Origin: Azolla caroliniana
Lineage: Eukaryota; Plantae; Polypodiophyta
Reading direction: 5' to 3'
Assembly (NCBI GenBank): GCA_043228905.1
Contig: JBHGNT010000003.1
Coordinates: 5,022,001-5,086,000, forward strand
Length of the DNA stretch: 64,000 bases
Shown: one piece after another, positions 27,981 through 42,640 of the stretch
Numbering within the stretch: position 1 is the first letter of the stretch
Layout: every line of letters begins with the position of its first letter
Translations under genes and position numbers: made by a program
Notes under the pieces: model-generated
Database searches by the model: none
What the model was told of the DNA's origin: nothing
The model's input: only the letters and a program-made list of their open reading frames with translations

Positions 27981-29749
27981 TAAAGACATCCAGTGTTTTT
28001 CCCTTTGATATTTCACCATTTCATGTAAAGAAGTTTTTATTTCGTTTACGCTTTTTTCTTTTGTAACTGTTATGGTGCCGAGGAATTCCAAACGTTGGGA
28101 CAACGGCTGGTTGTATCAGCTATATCACATCTTCATTTGGTGGTGTATTGCATGATAGTAATGGAAATAAAGATGAACAAATGTACATGCATTAAGGAAG
28201 AACTCAATGAGCTGCTTGTTGGTTTGATCAAATACTTTTTCCTTCACCATTGCTTCCCATCATTTGTTCTTTGTGACGACATGATTGTTTGCAATTTGTT
28301 TGAGAGCCCAATAAGAGTTGTAACCCCCAACTTAGGTCTTGACTCTTTACTTGACAACAGTTGAAAGAGACAAAAGCAAGAAGCAAGAAGTGGTGTTACA
28401 TCACTACTGAAATCATTTTGCAATACTTCTTTTCATGGAACTCGGAAGGTTGCTGTTTTTGCAATACTTCTTTGACTCACAGAAAATGAACATAAAACAA
28501 TGTCAACACCCAAAATAAAACTAAAGTACCCTGTCATAAAGTAAGTTTTTTTCAAAGAGGACTCAGAGAAATGAAGATCAAAATAGGCAGTTTACCAAAT
28601 CCAATGATCCAAGAGTGCCCAAATTCCCATTTAATTGAAAAAGATGGTTTCGCATTGCTAATTTAGTGGAAAAAACCCAAGTGGATTGCCAATCGACATG
28701 TTCTGAAACCAGAGTTGAAGATTCTCCTTGAATTGATGGATGGACAAGTTTATGTGAATCATTGTTTTTTATACTCTATGATATCTCACATGAAGAGAAT
28801 GAACCATTCTTCTTTCTTGAATTGACATCCTATAGGAATCATCTCTACAAGAAACCACTTTTGTTTATGCAGTCTTTTATTTCTTGCCTCGGATTTGGTG
28901 ATTTGCCATAAAGCAGTTCCATGAGGTTGTACTCGATGAGGGAGACGTAGTTTATAAATATTAGGAATGGATAGTGCAACCACATGGACACATGTTAACT
29001 CTCTTCATTTGCCAATTAAAATGCATGTTTCATGCTTGTAATGGTGGCACAACGGTTAATGGTTAAAGTTGTTCCACAAACTTAAGGTTTAGGGTTTGTT
29101 CCAAGGACTGAGATTGTATCATGCAAATCTCAAAAATTTAACACGTGGCTAAAAATCATTGACTACATAAGTTAAATTAACACCTCGTTTAGCTAGAAAG
29201 TTATCTATAACACTTCATGCGAGATAAGAAGGTTTATAAAAAAGAGAGGTCCAATGGAGACTTTTGAACTCATGGAGTTAGTAACACATGTTCCTTTGCC
29301 ACTCCAACGAAGATTTTGAAGGATTAACTACCAAATTCTGATCATTTGGTGCTAGTGTGGCATCCTTCAACAATACCATTAAACTTGTTGACACATTCTC
29401 AATAATCATTTCCAAAACACCTTAGCTAGGAATCATGTAAAGTTTCACCTACCAAAAAGTCTCAATGTGCATAACTTCATGTCATCAAAGTCTTAAACAA
29501 TTCTGAGTATGTATAAGTACCAAAATTTTAATCTTTATGTATTGCAAGCCTAAATAAGCACGTAGGAGGTTTTGGCACATGTCGAGATTTGATACAAATG
29601 CAATACAATAAAGGAACAATGCTTGAGCGAAAAGCAAGATTATGATTAACATCTATATGCTTGGATATATAATTCTTAATATGTGAGATATACAATGCAT
29701 GACTATGCACACCACCACCACGACCAGATAAGAGAATTTACAATCCAAG

Positions 29750-30500
29750 CTTATAATCTATGACTTTCGACTCATGCACTGAAGTGGCGATGACAAAGCC
29801 TTAATATTGATTCAACATTTTAACTTTTGTCAACTTTTTGTAAAACCTATCCCACATTTTTGGTTTCCTATTGAATTCCAACCGAGCTAATACCTAAGAT
29901 ATCTTGCTATCTTGTTTGAGCTCATTACACGACCCAATGACACTTATGTATGCCAATCAAACAAATGAAAATTTAAGAGTTTCAACATGATGGGGTTGAC
30001 TACAAAGGCATGCAACTCAATTAACAGTGGCATATTTGCATGGATTGAACCTCAATTTGCATATGATAACAATGGACAATTGGCAATTGCATAGAGGAAT
30101 GCATCAATGGGGCAACCTTACCTTACTAAATGATACAAGTTCACACACCAATTATTTCTCCATCCAAATACATGCGTCAAAAATACCATCATCAGGTTTG
30201 AGGAACATTTTAGGGCCAAAGCCCATTTCGTTGTACCTTCCACCAGACTCCACTGAATTGTATCAAATGCTTAGTATTTACTTGCATAAGCACTACATCA
30301 TGGTTTGTCTATTTCATTCACTCCAAATGAATATTTCTATTAACAAAGTTATCTAAATCTACCTTCACATTATAATACCATAATAATTGGATGACTTCAC
30401 ATTATTATGATTTAATTCTTTCCTCCAACTAGGTATTTAACAAAGTTCCTAAGCCTTTATTTGACATGTATTATGAATGTATCCTTCAAGTAATCCCATA
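29750..30500 (-). mobile_element. Very degenerate LINE RT remnant
   Basis: A decayed RT motif, GCPIDAFLYAI (compare QGCPLAPFLY), lies near 30090-30120 on the minus strand. Confidence 0.35.
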
Positions 30501-31283
30501 TGCAATCTTCTTGGGCTGGCTTTTCATTCATATGAGAAAGAATACATATAAATAATTAATTATGAGTGATTCTCCCACTTGTGATGGTGGGTAGGCATAG
30601 GAAGCAACATTCATTTTGCTTCAAAGGATTATGCAGCAACGAGAACTAGACTACAACAAACAAACAAAAATGTCAAGAGTAGGATGCGCAGATTTCAAAA
30701 CAAAAATATCTAAACCCATGGGTACCATCTTCTAATGTATAGATTAGATGAGGGAAATCATATAGCATTCTTACTTAGGCTACAGTTGAATTCCATGTCC
30801 TTGTGTTGGAATCTAGATCTGCTTTCATTAAGTTAACCTTTGAGAAAGAGATCGCGCTTGTCCTTTCAGTTGCTAGCCCAATCCCATGTCACCATGCAAT
30901 TTGTGTGAGATAGATCAGTTTCATCAAGTTAAGCTTTCAAAATAAGATTGGTGCTTGTCCTTTTAGTTGCAAACAGAAGCCCACTTCACCATAGATGGGG
31001 TGAAAAGGATTTCCCATAGAATATATATAACCATAAAAAGTCTTACAATTACAATAATTTAAAGAATGACTTAGTAGCAATGCTTGCTTCAAAGGAAGAA
31101 AGAAAAGGAAAGAAAAGACTGAGCTTTGTTTGTACGCACAAGACATGGTAAGGTTCAAACATTAGACACAACATACTCTTTCTGTCTGGCTTTTATAATG
31201 AATGAATGCTAGCTCAAAGAATAAATGAAGATTGGAGCAAAATTTAAGAAGATATATATATAATGAGGGATTGAAGCAATTCC

Positions 31284-34200
31284 TCACTCTTGCTCTCGCT
31301 CTCCCCAGAAACATGACGATGCCAGGCATAAGTTTGTGCCACAGGCAGACTCAGTTTGATTTGGACTTGTAAGAAAAGATGAGAGGCGAGGTGGTGGTCC
31401 ATTGCCATTAGTCGATCCTGTACTGGGAGAGGCATTGCCTATAGCCAACTCACTTACAGTGATATTCCGCTGAAGTTTACGGGCCGCTCGTAGGCGCGGA
31501 GATAGCCATGGTGATAGAGACAAGGATGCTGATGGTCTAGGGGTAGAATTGTGAGACGAACCACTCGTGCTCCTGAAAGATGAGGAAGTTAACTTTTGAG
31601 CTGATTCCATGGTCAGAGATTATAAACCTCTTTTTTAATCGCAATTTGAATTAGCTAATGATAAGAAAGAGTATGTAAGGTTATGAATATTGAGATTTAC
31701 TCATACCTGGCATTGATGGTAGGTTCAGGCTCGGAACTATGCGTCATTGCACCATTGCTAGATTCAGTGTGGGATGATGATTGAGTTAATTGGGGAATAT
31801 TTTCTAGCATATTCTCCACAGGGTTGTCGACAGATCTTGTTCCAAAACTGTTGATCCTCATTGAAGATTCCATTTCTTGCAATGTCGGATTCACCACTGA
31901 TTTAGCCTCCCTCTGAGATCGTCCATTAAAGAAATGAAGGCAAAAACATTGATTACTCATGTGTACACTTTGCCTACTTGCAGAAAACTGGTGGTCCAAT
32001 CGGATTCCATCGTGATTGATATCAATCATTGTATCATCAACACCATCATCATTTGCCTCTAAATTGTGGAGACTCTGATTCTGGAGGGAATGGCTTCTAT
32101 TATGGTGAGATGATGGTGTCATAATATCATGCTTAGGTTTATGCTTTCTTCCACCATCAGTCTGGTGGAAGAAAATCTTCAATAGGCTAGATTTGGTGGC
32201 ATAAGAAGGTGGCTCTATCCTTGTAGATATGGCTGACGCCAAAATAGGGGTTTCTTGCCGACACTCTGTGGAAGTGTTCATAAAATGTTGTCGGAGTGTT
32301 AGATCCTCAGGACGGGGACTATCACTTAAGAAGCCATCATTAACGTTGCTCCATTTCTTGCAAAATTTTCTTGATCGAGGAAGCAGAGTCTGGAACAGAG
32401 TGAAACACTGTGTTGGTATCAATGCTGATCTGATGATATTACTTTTTGTCCGAATATCAGGAGATTCCAGAATATTTAAGTGTACCTCGGGACTTGGGAT
32501 TGAAAGAAAGCTTGCGAGGCTGCGACTTGAGGTCGGGCAGGTTTTGACCTCATGACCCTCACAATATCTTCTTAAAGCATCAGTTGTTGATCCCACACTC
32601 TCTGACTTGATAAGCTCGACCTCTGAATTAGCCATGGAATTATGAATATTGTGAGGGTTTTCAACAATAGGTGCTCTTGGCATGGCTAAACGCAATAGGT
32701 AGATAGCAATATTACACCGGAATTCAGCAACTGGATGACTTTCCCGGCACATCTTTGCCAAATCTAGGGGTGTATATCCTTGCTCATCCCTCTCATTTAC
32801 ATTAATTCCTGGCGACTCTAGCAACAGAGCCACAAGTTTTTCATCAATCTTAGCACTAGCCACCGATAGGTGCAGGGCTGTCTGCCCTTGATTAGTCTTC
32901 CAGTTCACATACTCTGGCATAGAACTAGCACCTTTCAAGAGTTCCTTCACCATCTCTACCTTTCCTCCTTGTTTCATCACCAAATTTGGTGGTGCTTGTT
33001 TTGTCCCTATCACAGCTGAATGCAGCGGGGTCTCCCCATGTTTGTTTCTCATGTAGATTACCTCTTTGTTATGGCTTATCATCTCCACGGCCACTTGCAA
33101 ACAACCCCTCCTTGCTGCTGTGTGCAATGCTGTGTTTTCCTTTGAATCTTGTCCGGTTATGCTTGCAGGGCATAACTCCAAGACTAGCTTTACTACCTGC
33201 ATTGTCACCTTATCCATCATGAGTTCTTAGATAATAACATGGTTATGGTTATGGGAAAAAGGCTTCCCATTTTCACAGTGCCCATAAGGGTAATAGATTC
33301 ACTAGATTAGATATCCAATGCTGGATGAATAGCATCATTAAGCCCACAACCCACAAAAAATTTATGATCCAAAATATAGCATCATTGATGTATATTTTGA
33401 TTTCTACATACATAGGTCTATAAATGGACTTAAAAAACATTGCATGAGTTAATACGCATGAGTTAATACATTGTTTGATGAGCAAGAATAAAATCTCAAC
33501 ATAATAGGTACATTTAATAATCAAACAACTAATGCAACAATATTTGAGACCACCATGTGATAAAAAATTTAAAATAACAAATTCTTTTGTAGACTCCATG
33601 ATTCAACAGCCACCCAAAATGATTCCCTAATTTTTCCTGCGACGTTTCAATATTTTCACCTCAAAAATTCTTACATTTCCACCAGTATATCTGATGTTTT
33701 CCTACTGTGATTCTGGTATGTCCTAATATGAATCTTGTCTTTTCCACTATCTAGGATTCGACATTTTCATATGCACTTCTGGCAGTTTTCCAGCTCAAGT
33801 CTACATTTTCCCACTATAGTTCTATAACTTAAATACAGTGATTCCACATTTTCATACTATGATTCAGGCACATTGCAATTCGGGTTAAGATGGAGCATAA
33901 GAGGGCTCCTCCCAACAGCGCCATTTTGAATGAAAAACCTTTAAAGAAAAGATGTAGCGCCTATAAGTTGCAGAATGGCTACAACTTCATGATAGAAATA
34001 GAATAAGACTCATAAAAAAACAAATATTGCAATGGCAAATTGATAAAACAGAAAACATATTACCTATAAGTGCCAAATTGGAGACCAAATTTTCTAAAAC
34101 CTCATGATCAAGATCAAATTCATCATTATCCAGATAGAAAAGTCAAGTAATGATTCCATGACGGATTAATAAACAAGAAATGTACCTGCAAGTGACCCCT

Positions 34201-35166
34201 GCCAGCAGCAGCATGGAGAGCAGTACATCCATTGCTATCTCTGACGCAGAGCACATTATTGGTTTTCTTGTTGTTGTTGATGATATGATCATCACCATAA
34301 TCTCTAAGTAGCAATGCTTTCACCATCTCCACATTCCCTGCTCTGGCAGCAGCTAGAAGAGCTTTGGCCTGAACATTGTTATAATCAGCCCTATGATTAT
34401 AGGGCATACTACTATTATCATGAATATGCTCCACATGACCTTCAGTCATGCCTTGTTCATGAGAAGTCAGTAATACAGCATTGCCAATTTCATCGTCGAT
34501 GGCATGACGAATAACACTAGCACCATTCACATAGGAAAATCCTGGTTCTCTCATAGTATCTCCAGCCAAGCCAATTATGGTCTGGAAGATAGTCTCATTT
34601 CTCCCTCTAGCTGCAGCGTACAACAAATCAGAGAGCCCAAATTCACCATCCAACCCTTGTAAGATAGCCTCTTGATCTGAGACGGTTAAGGATTTGATGG
34701 TATAGTGAAGCAAACTCTCATCACCAGCACAAGCAGCAACATAAAGCACCCAATAAGCACCAGATAGATTTGAATTCAAGCCATGATTTAACAGAACACC
34801 CATGTCAAACTTATTATCAATACATATTCCCGGTTTTGATCCATCATCAGTACTCTCTTTTGATCCATCAAACCTCTTAAGTATACCTTGTTCTTCAGAG
34901 AAAGCATGATATTGATTGAAGAGTAATAGTTCTTTGACCACTTTTGCTCTACCTAAGGCAGCTTGAGAGAATGAGGAGGGGTCATCCCATAGTTTTTCAA
35001 GCCTTCTCAGTCTTCTCTTGGATGTGAGGTTGTGAAGAAGAGAAGGATCCATTTTCAGGAGCTCTTTGACCACCTCTGTGTGCCCATTTGCTGCTGCCCA
35101 GTCAATGGGAGCCACAAACCACCATTGCTCATATGTCCGCTCTAACCTGAGAGGAAGGAAGCCCAT
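31284..35166 (-). CDS. Plant ankyrin-repeat protein, ~919 aa, 3 coding exons, long Ser-rich C-terminus
   Basis: Exons 35166-34186, 33196-31707 and 31572-31284 join in frame (2760 nt). The N-terminal family motif LPLRLERTYEQWWFVAPIDWAAANGH is followed by ANK repeats GCTALHAAAGRGH, NTALHTAARRG, GETPLHSA, GQTALHLSV and GYTPLDLA. Confidence 0.9.
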
Positions 35167-35656
35167 CTCTATCACTGCCAAACACCAGATATATTTTCTT
35201 TACTTGCCCATTTTCGATCAGGAATCATCACATCTCTGATTGCAAAATAATAAAGGAAATAACATCTAATTCCTCCCCCCTAAACATAAAAGAGGGGGAA
35301 AACCCATCTCTAGTTTTGTCAGAGATGAGACGACTTTGCTCTCATTTTTTGTCCATTGTTTCTTGGGAAATATACCGGAAAATGATCATGAAGAAAGAAA
35401 ACCCCATCTCTAGTAACATCAGACATGGAATGGGTGTGCTCTGTTATGCCCATTCTAGCTCAAAAACAGGCACAAAAAATATAACATGGAATACTGAAAC
35501 CCATTGGATGTGACCATTTTCAGCCTCTCACAAAAGCAAGAAAATACATGTCTAGTTATGTCAGGTATGGAGTGAGTTTCTTCTCTGTCTTTGGCCCCAT
35601 TTTAATTCAAAAATGATCATTCACTGTGGGCTTACATTGAGGGAAAAAAAAAGAGT

Positions 35657-35697
<41 letters not shown>

Positions 35698-38584
35698 TCT
35701 CTTAGTTATGTCAGAGATGAGATGGGCAATGCTCTGTTTCTCTCAGATTCAGCTCCAAAATTTCATCATTTTTTCTAATGGGCTTATCTGGGTGAAGAAA
35801 TTTGAGGGGGGAATGATTATATTTTCACCCAACTGTACTTATAATAAGTAAACCCAACAAAGGTTCGAATCTCAACATAGAAAATGGGTGTTATGATCTG
35901 AAAGAAGGCTGACGAGAGGGGTGGTTAAGGCAGATTACAAGCATGCTTAAGCATGGTAAGAAGCATAGATGGAAGGATGATTTTGATGCTTGATTAGGGA
36001 GGTATGATTAAGCATGATTTACAGGCATGTTTAAGGCTGATTGGAAGCATAAATAGCTGATTCATGTGATTAAGGGAAGATGTGAAAGAATGAAAAGGAA
36101 GAAAGAAGAAGGTTAAGAAAGAAAATAATGGTTTTTAATATATAGGTGTAGAAAATATAGGGGGTTGTGTGTGTGCATGCATATCCAACTACTCTCCCAT
36201 TACCATTTCTTTTAATAGCCAATTTGTTTGAATTTGTTTTTAATTCCATTTCTTAAACCATTTGTCTCCCTCCCACCTTCACATCATCACTTGTGCCCCC
36301 CCCCCCCCCCCCCCCCAACATTCCATGATGCATTATGTATGCATGTATTACATTTTGCCTAACTTTGTTGATCATCTATTTCATCAATCATGGGTGAGCT
36401 TTCCGAAAAGGGAAGCTCGGGTTCTCTCTTGACGATAGAGAGATTTCGAAAAGGAAGCTTGGTGCTTTGTCGATGAAAGCAACATTTGCTTATTCCATTC
36501 AAAGATCCATCGACTTGGAGATGGTGTTGGGTCCTCTATTGATGATAGGAGGATTTCCAAAATGATCTCAATGCTTTGTTGATGAAAGCGCAACATTTGC
36601 TTTTTCGATTCGAAGATCTATCGACTTGGAGATGGTGTTTGAGTAGAGAGACCACATGAATGAAGATGCAAGGAACAAACTCAACCCTGACAGCATGTCG
36701 TTTTTGTGAAATGACAAATGAAGATGCCACAACATGTGGTGTCACAAAAGGATTCAAATGGATCCATCAAATATTCACGCGATGTGAGTCAATTTCTCTA
36801 TCACCACTATAGTGGAATTGTTTACATAAAAGGTGTACTGCTTTGAAAGGCTATGATACACATGTTTACTCGACTCTTATACATGCCCAAGCAACTTATC
36901 ATTTAACATGATCTCATGTTGGTGGTTGAGAAAATACTAGTAGTTGGCAATGTAAAAATGACATCCTTAGGCAAAGACCTAGACATTTCAAAAAGTGTGC
37001 TGAAGACCAAAGTTCTTTGATTGAGTACAAATCAAGTAAGTGTTAAGTCAAGAGAACAAAGATGCAAATGCTCTCGATTTATGGCGGTTGAAGGATAATA
37101 GAAAGAAAGAAGTCAACATTCTAGAAGAGTGCGAAGTTGTGGACGCTCTTCAAGAGATAAGGAACTTTTTAGTCATGGAGGGTTTCTCGATGGTTAGGGT
37201 CCCACTCAAAAGAAGTGATTACTCGCAAATGCATCATAATGCATGGTTATAACTTAGGATTAATAGCATCGTAGTGACAACGCTAGGTTTAGAACAATAT
37301 TGAGAAAGGAATAGGCAATTTAGAGATTTTTTTCAAAATTTTGGAGAAAGTTGGTGGTGCACATTTTCACATGGAATATAATATTAAGGAAAATAATGAT
37401 GATTCAACTTTTTTGGCCTACCATACATAAACATATTCAAGCAATTTGTAGATCATGTAATGCTTGTCAAAAGCCATGAGTAGACTTCAAATTTTGAAGA
37501 TTGAAGATTGTTTTACACAATAGCATCAAAGCAACATTGAGTTGTTGAAGTATTGAATGAGATCTTAGTAAAGAGTCTCAAGAAGTTGGTAGAGATAAGC
37601 CGCGACAAACTTGGGAACAAATATAATTTTTGATGTTACTCTTAGTGCCTAAAGGGTTTCATACAATCATCCATGAGGTATTCTCCTTTCTCTTAGTACA
37701 TGGGAAGAGGCATTATTTCCCATTGCACTTCAAGTAAACAATGCATTAGTTTAATGTGCCAACCAAAAGGATTTGGGAACTAAATTAATTGATATATTAG
37801 CGAGCAATCATTTGTTTTGGGTCTCGCTTTTGGCAGGAAGAAGCGCTTAATCATTTGGGAACATGTGAGTTTCAAAACCATTTATGATTGCCAAGGATCC
37901 AATAACAAGAAAAATCTTATATTGATAGTGTTTGTTGTAGATAATGTTCCACTCCTTCATTTGAGTGATTAATATCCTATGGAGGAAAACTCCTAAGGTC
38001 AAGACTCAAAACTAATGAGAGCTATGAGCTTAAGGAGACATGGAAACCTAAAGACTACATGAACATCAAGGTAATGGACGAAGACCGGAGTGGAATGAAG
38101 ACTTCACTTAAGCTCCATGTGCAAGCAAAGTAAAGATCAAGGGGAGAGCATTCCTCTCTTGTTTCCAAACATAAGTTATTTTCTTGTTATTGGACAAATA
38201 AAGATCAAGGGGAGGACATTTCTCTCTTGTTTCCAAAGATACACCATTTTCTTGTTATTGGACAAAGGGTGAAGATGGGTTTAAGGTTCAATAGACAAAA
38301 TGGGAAGTTTTCGATAATATTTGAGCTTAGTCATACAATAACATTTAGATAAAAGATGTCAAAAACATAAAATAAACATTGTGATGAAATGCCGAAAATT
38401 GCAACAATTACGTAAAGGCACAGAAATTGGCATTCCTTTAGAAATGCTGAAAATTGAGGTAGCCATTTAGAGAGGGAATTTCTTGCATTACAAGATTGGT
38501 ATTAAAAAATTATAGCAATTTCATAGGATTTTATATGCTCTTGCCAATAAAAGGAATATGGGGCAAAATATCCTATGATATATG

Positions 38585-38754
38585 TAGGGATCGGCAATGG
38601 TTCGGTTTAGGCTTAGCTGGTTTGGCCAGACCAAACCGGCTAAGCCTAAACTGTTTTGGGGATCTCAAACCTGAACCAAACTGAACTGAACCAGTTCACA
38701 AACCGGTTTAGCCTAAACATGTTTGAGAACCGGTTTGGTAAATGGCTTGGAAAC

Positions 38755-38786
<32 letters not shown>

Positions 38787-39035
38787 TTCCCCTTGTCTGT
38801 TGTCTCTCTCCCCCCCTCCCTCTCTTTCTCTCTCTCTCTCCCCCCCCCCCCCCCCCCCCTCTCTCTCACGTTTCTAAACGGCTTATTCGGCTTGAACTAG
38901 TTTGGCCGGCTTAACCGGCTTGAGCCGGTTTGGCGAGGCTCAAGCCAAACCGAGCCAAGTCGCTAAGCCGCTAAGCCGCTTTAAGCCGACTAAGCCAAAC
39001 GGTTTAGGCTTGAGCCGAGCCGTTGCCGATCCATA
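38585..39035. mobile_element. hAT-type non-autonomous element (MITE), copy 1
   Basis: TIRs TAGGGATCGGCAATGG ... CCGTTGCCGATCCATA, 8-bp TSD GATATATG (38577-38584 / 39036-39043), CT-rich core. Confidence 0.9.
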
Positions 39036-39168
39036 GATATATGTGTGGTATTTAAAGCAAATATTTACCATTAAATAAACCATCGTTTTATCTATACATT
39101 TGTCAAGTTTTATTATTATGTCAAACATAATGTTCATTGGACCATATAAGGAAATACAAGAGAATATT

Positions 39169-40159
39169 TTTCTTTTCGAAAAAAAAGCACTACTTCGTAT
39201 TAATTAGCAAACATAATACAATAGAGTTCAACCCGAATCCACAATGGGATCAGAATATACAACTTGGAGGAACAACTCTAGAGCTAGTAAGAAAACAACA
39301 AAAGCTCATGGAGCCCTTATCTCCAACAAAACTGAAAGAAGCCCCATTTTACCTCGTCTCTAATTATCCCAACGAACCCTTTTATAACAAAGATATCTGG
39401 GTAACATGTTACACAATTATGCTACCCTACTTGTGCTCTAGTTATACATACATATTTACATCTCATGTACAATATTGGGAGCCGTTGGTGGAAACAACCA
39501 CCTAGGCACCTAGTAGTTCTACTTAGGCCCCGTTGAAGATTTGGCTATCATGGGAGAACCACCACCCCATTTTAGCAAGAACTTTGATCTTGCCCTTTTT
39601 GTTTCATCTAATTCCCCCTGAATCGAGTCATACCGTCCGTGCAACTAGGCCACTTACTCAAACTAGATATTTTACATCACCTCATGACATGAAAGTGTTT
39701 GTTGCTGAAAAACAAACTTACAACGCCTAGTCCACATGTGCCAGAGTGATAAGCACACCCCCATAAGCCAAATCTCCTCAAAAAATTTAGAATCTGTGTC
39801 AGATCTCGACTCTCACCCCATCACATTGGAACACACTACCACCTTGCACTATAAAGTTGGGTTTAATTGTTCCACCTAGACTTTAACTTTTACAATCAAT
39901 CCCTGTATAGAACTCCACACAACGTTCCCATCCACACTATAAGTTGCCACGATTTTAAGGCTTCTACACCTGATGCTAATCGCCTATGTACAATTCCAGA
40001 AACAGTGAGAGATTGATTTCAAAGCATGTCTACATAACTTATAGCCAAACTCAACCACTCCCCTACAGGTACTACCTTGTGGCTAAGAAGCCACAACCAA
40101 GCCTTTATTTTTTCTAGCGTATCCAATGTCCATAGATTCCTCCAAAGATTGAGAAATTC
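39169..40159 (-). mobile_element. 5'-truncated L1-clade LINE
   Basis: 17-bp TSD AAATACAAGAGAATATT (39152-39168 / 40160-40176). The minus strand encodes zf-RVT-like KIKAWLWLLSHKVVPVGEWL. The 3' end reads TAATTAATACGAAGTAGTGC-T8-CG-AAAAGAAA. Confidence 0.85.
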
Positions 40160-40949
40160 AAATACAAGAGAATATTACATCAAGGTCATTTAAATTTACG
40201 TCAAAGATTGACTAAATTCAAGAGATAGTGATATGGTGCATATTGAATCAAGCAATTTAAATTTGAATTAAATTAGAAATTTAAATTTATAGTAATAATA
40301 ATTATGTTTAAATTGATTTTAATCTTATTTAAAATATTGATATATCTGTGAAAATTAAACAAATAAAACTCCAACATAACACATAGAAAGACCACATTAA
40401 CTGTAGGCAAGGGTCACAAAGGCAACTAGAAGTGTTAATTAATTACTCGGAATCAAGGCTCATGTTAGCGATAATTTCAGTACTAGAGGAGAATGCAAAT
40501 AAAGGATTCTTTGGATGTCCTATATTGAAAATGATGCACATAAAATGATAGAAGTTTTGTGTTTGCCATGGGTATGCAGGGATGGTCGTGAGTCGTAAAA
40601 TAGCTATTTGTTGGAAAGAATAAATAGAATGATGATGAGAGTCACGATATTTTCAAAGAGTCATTATTAAAGTGGGCTCATGCGTATAGACATTGAACAT
40701 ATTTAGTTCATTCTAATTGTGAATAGTATAGATGGAGCAGGTCAACAATTGTTTATTATTATGATTATTTCTGTTGTTGAAAACGATTTTTCCTGATGAA
40801 AATTGTATTCTGAAATCTCATATGGATGCAAAGAATATAGCACATTGACACATGGAAAGAAGCAATACACAATCACGAGTCTAAGGTTATGGTATGTTAA
40901 ACTTATTTCATTTGTAAACAACATGCAAATTAAGTGTGGTTAACAATAG

Positions 40950-41118
40950 GTACTTACATTAAGTAGTCAGTCCGAAAGGCGATGTAACTAGTCTCATTTT
41001 CTTGAACCTGATCGGAGGGAGATTCCTCGATCTATGTATAAGCCTCCTTGTACAGTCTCTTTGTAATAATCCTTCCTAACTAATGGGAAAGTAGCTTCAT
41101 TTTGGGAAAAAGAAGAAG
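40950..41118 (+). mobile_element. Short 5'-truncated LINE (3' UTR only) or SINE-like insertion
   Basis: 18-bp TSD AAGTGTGGTTAACAATAG (40932-40949 / 41119-41136), (GAA)n tail, and similarity to 49640-49792. Confidence 0.85.
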
Positions 41119-41369
41119 AAGTGTGGTTAACAATAGTGTAAATCTTTGTTCAAATCGTTGAAAAAGATTTTGGTTGAGGATAAATTTATAACCGTATTCT
41201 AATAATTTGGTCTAGTGTCCTTGATGAAATAAGAAATCTAAATCAATAGATGATATGATACAGATTTTCAAAACTCAAGCACATGCTAGTCATAAAAAAA
41301 TTAGATATTAAAATATTGACAAAGATGCTTCACTATCGCCAATTGGTATGTTTACCCATCCATCACCTT

Positions 41370-42640
41370 CTTGATTTGTTGTGTGTACTTAAGAATGTCG
41401 ATGTGCTTGGTATATGATAGGGTAATGGGGAAACAAGACAAGAACTATACACAAAGATTTGCAAACGATTGGTAGGAATCACAACACAAGAATTATGTAT
41501 TGATGAGGACAAAATTTTGCTTCATACCCCTTAGAGCTTATCTAAGGTGGTGAGGAATAAGTGGAAAGATGTCCTTTCCCATTTTTAAACAGAAATCGGT
41601 ACCATGCACTGCTTGAAATGTGCATTCATTAGGGACAAAGAGTTAACGAGTTTGAAGTCATGTGAATGGCACAAAATGATGTAGTATTACCTATTTCAAT
41701 TCATCCTTATCAAAGTTTGGTGGCCTTTATGTGGGAGTATGAAATTATGTATGCGTGTGTATGGTTAGGTTGTAACTTGTACTTCATGTTTAGAGGTTGA
41801 TCATGTTCCAATTGTGAAGGTAATGAGAGATGCATTCAAGTATGTTGCACAAGTTGAGCAACACATCCCAATCAACAGATTGATTTTATGGTGAAACTTG
41901 TCAATAAGTAAAGAATGTGGTGACCATACGCATAATAGGTGGATGATCTATCTTGATAGGTTATAATGGGCCCCTAGGTAATTGTTGGGAAAACAGGTCC
42001 CTCCGGATGGGAAGAAGAGTACAAACCGAATCGGATGGAATTTGGCCGAGGCCGAGGCCGAAAATCAAAAATCGAAATTGAGAATTGATTATGCAATTGA
42101 TCAGAGAGACTATGTTTGTAAATAGTCTGAATGTACCCCATGTGGGCTATACTTGTAAATAACCAGAAAGTTGTTTTAGTATATAAACAACTAGGGCAAA
42201 CTTTATGTGTAGTGGAATCATTTTTATATAGTTAGTGAAGGTTGTTGCATCTATAACTAAGTGTGCGTGTTAGTAGGAGAGAGTGAACAGAGTAATAACT
42301 CTATAGCCGTCTATTGACGAAGAAGAACTCAAGGTCGTATCCTTCGAGTTTCTTATTGTACAATCCTCCTACCATATAGTGATTCAGTTCGGAGTCTATG
42401 GGCTCCCGTGGTTTTTCCCGATTTGGGTTTTCCACATTAAACATCCGATGTCTCTGTATTCCTTTTGGTACTTTCTATTTTTTGGTCTGTGCACTGTCAT
42501 TATTGATTCTTTGCACCCGAACGTACGTACTAGCAACCGGTTGTGGTCGGTTCCGATCCTAACAGTAACAATGTCTTTATACATATATGTGAGAGGAAAT
42601 GCAAAAGAAGGTGGTCATATTGATCTATGAACTCAATGAA
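41370..42640 (+). mobile_element. Degenerate CACTA (En/Spm) transposase remnant interrupted by a solo LTR
   Basis: Fragments ELTSLKSCEWHKMM (compare LKSHDWH) before the solo LTR and YVRGNAKEGGHI (compare YVRNRARPEGSI) after it. Confidence 0.5.
41983..42564 (+). mobile_element. Solo LTR (582 bp), probably Ty1/copia
   Basis: Termini TGTTGGGA ... TCCTAACA, 5-bp TSD GTAAT/GTAAC (1 mismatch), TATATAAA at ~42180. The U5-like GGGTTTTCCAC resembles the copia LTR at 60725-61416. Confidence 0.8.

Noticed and set aside
36440-38270. Direct repeats at ~36470/36580 and ~38131/38199 as regulatory elements
   Set aside because: They are two-copy local duplications inside decayed retroelement-like sequence.
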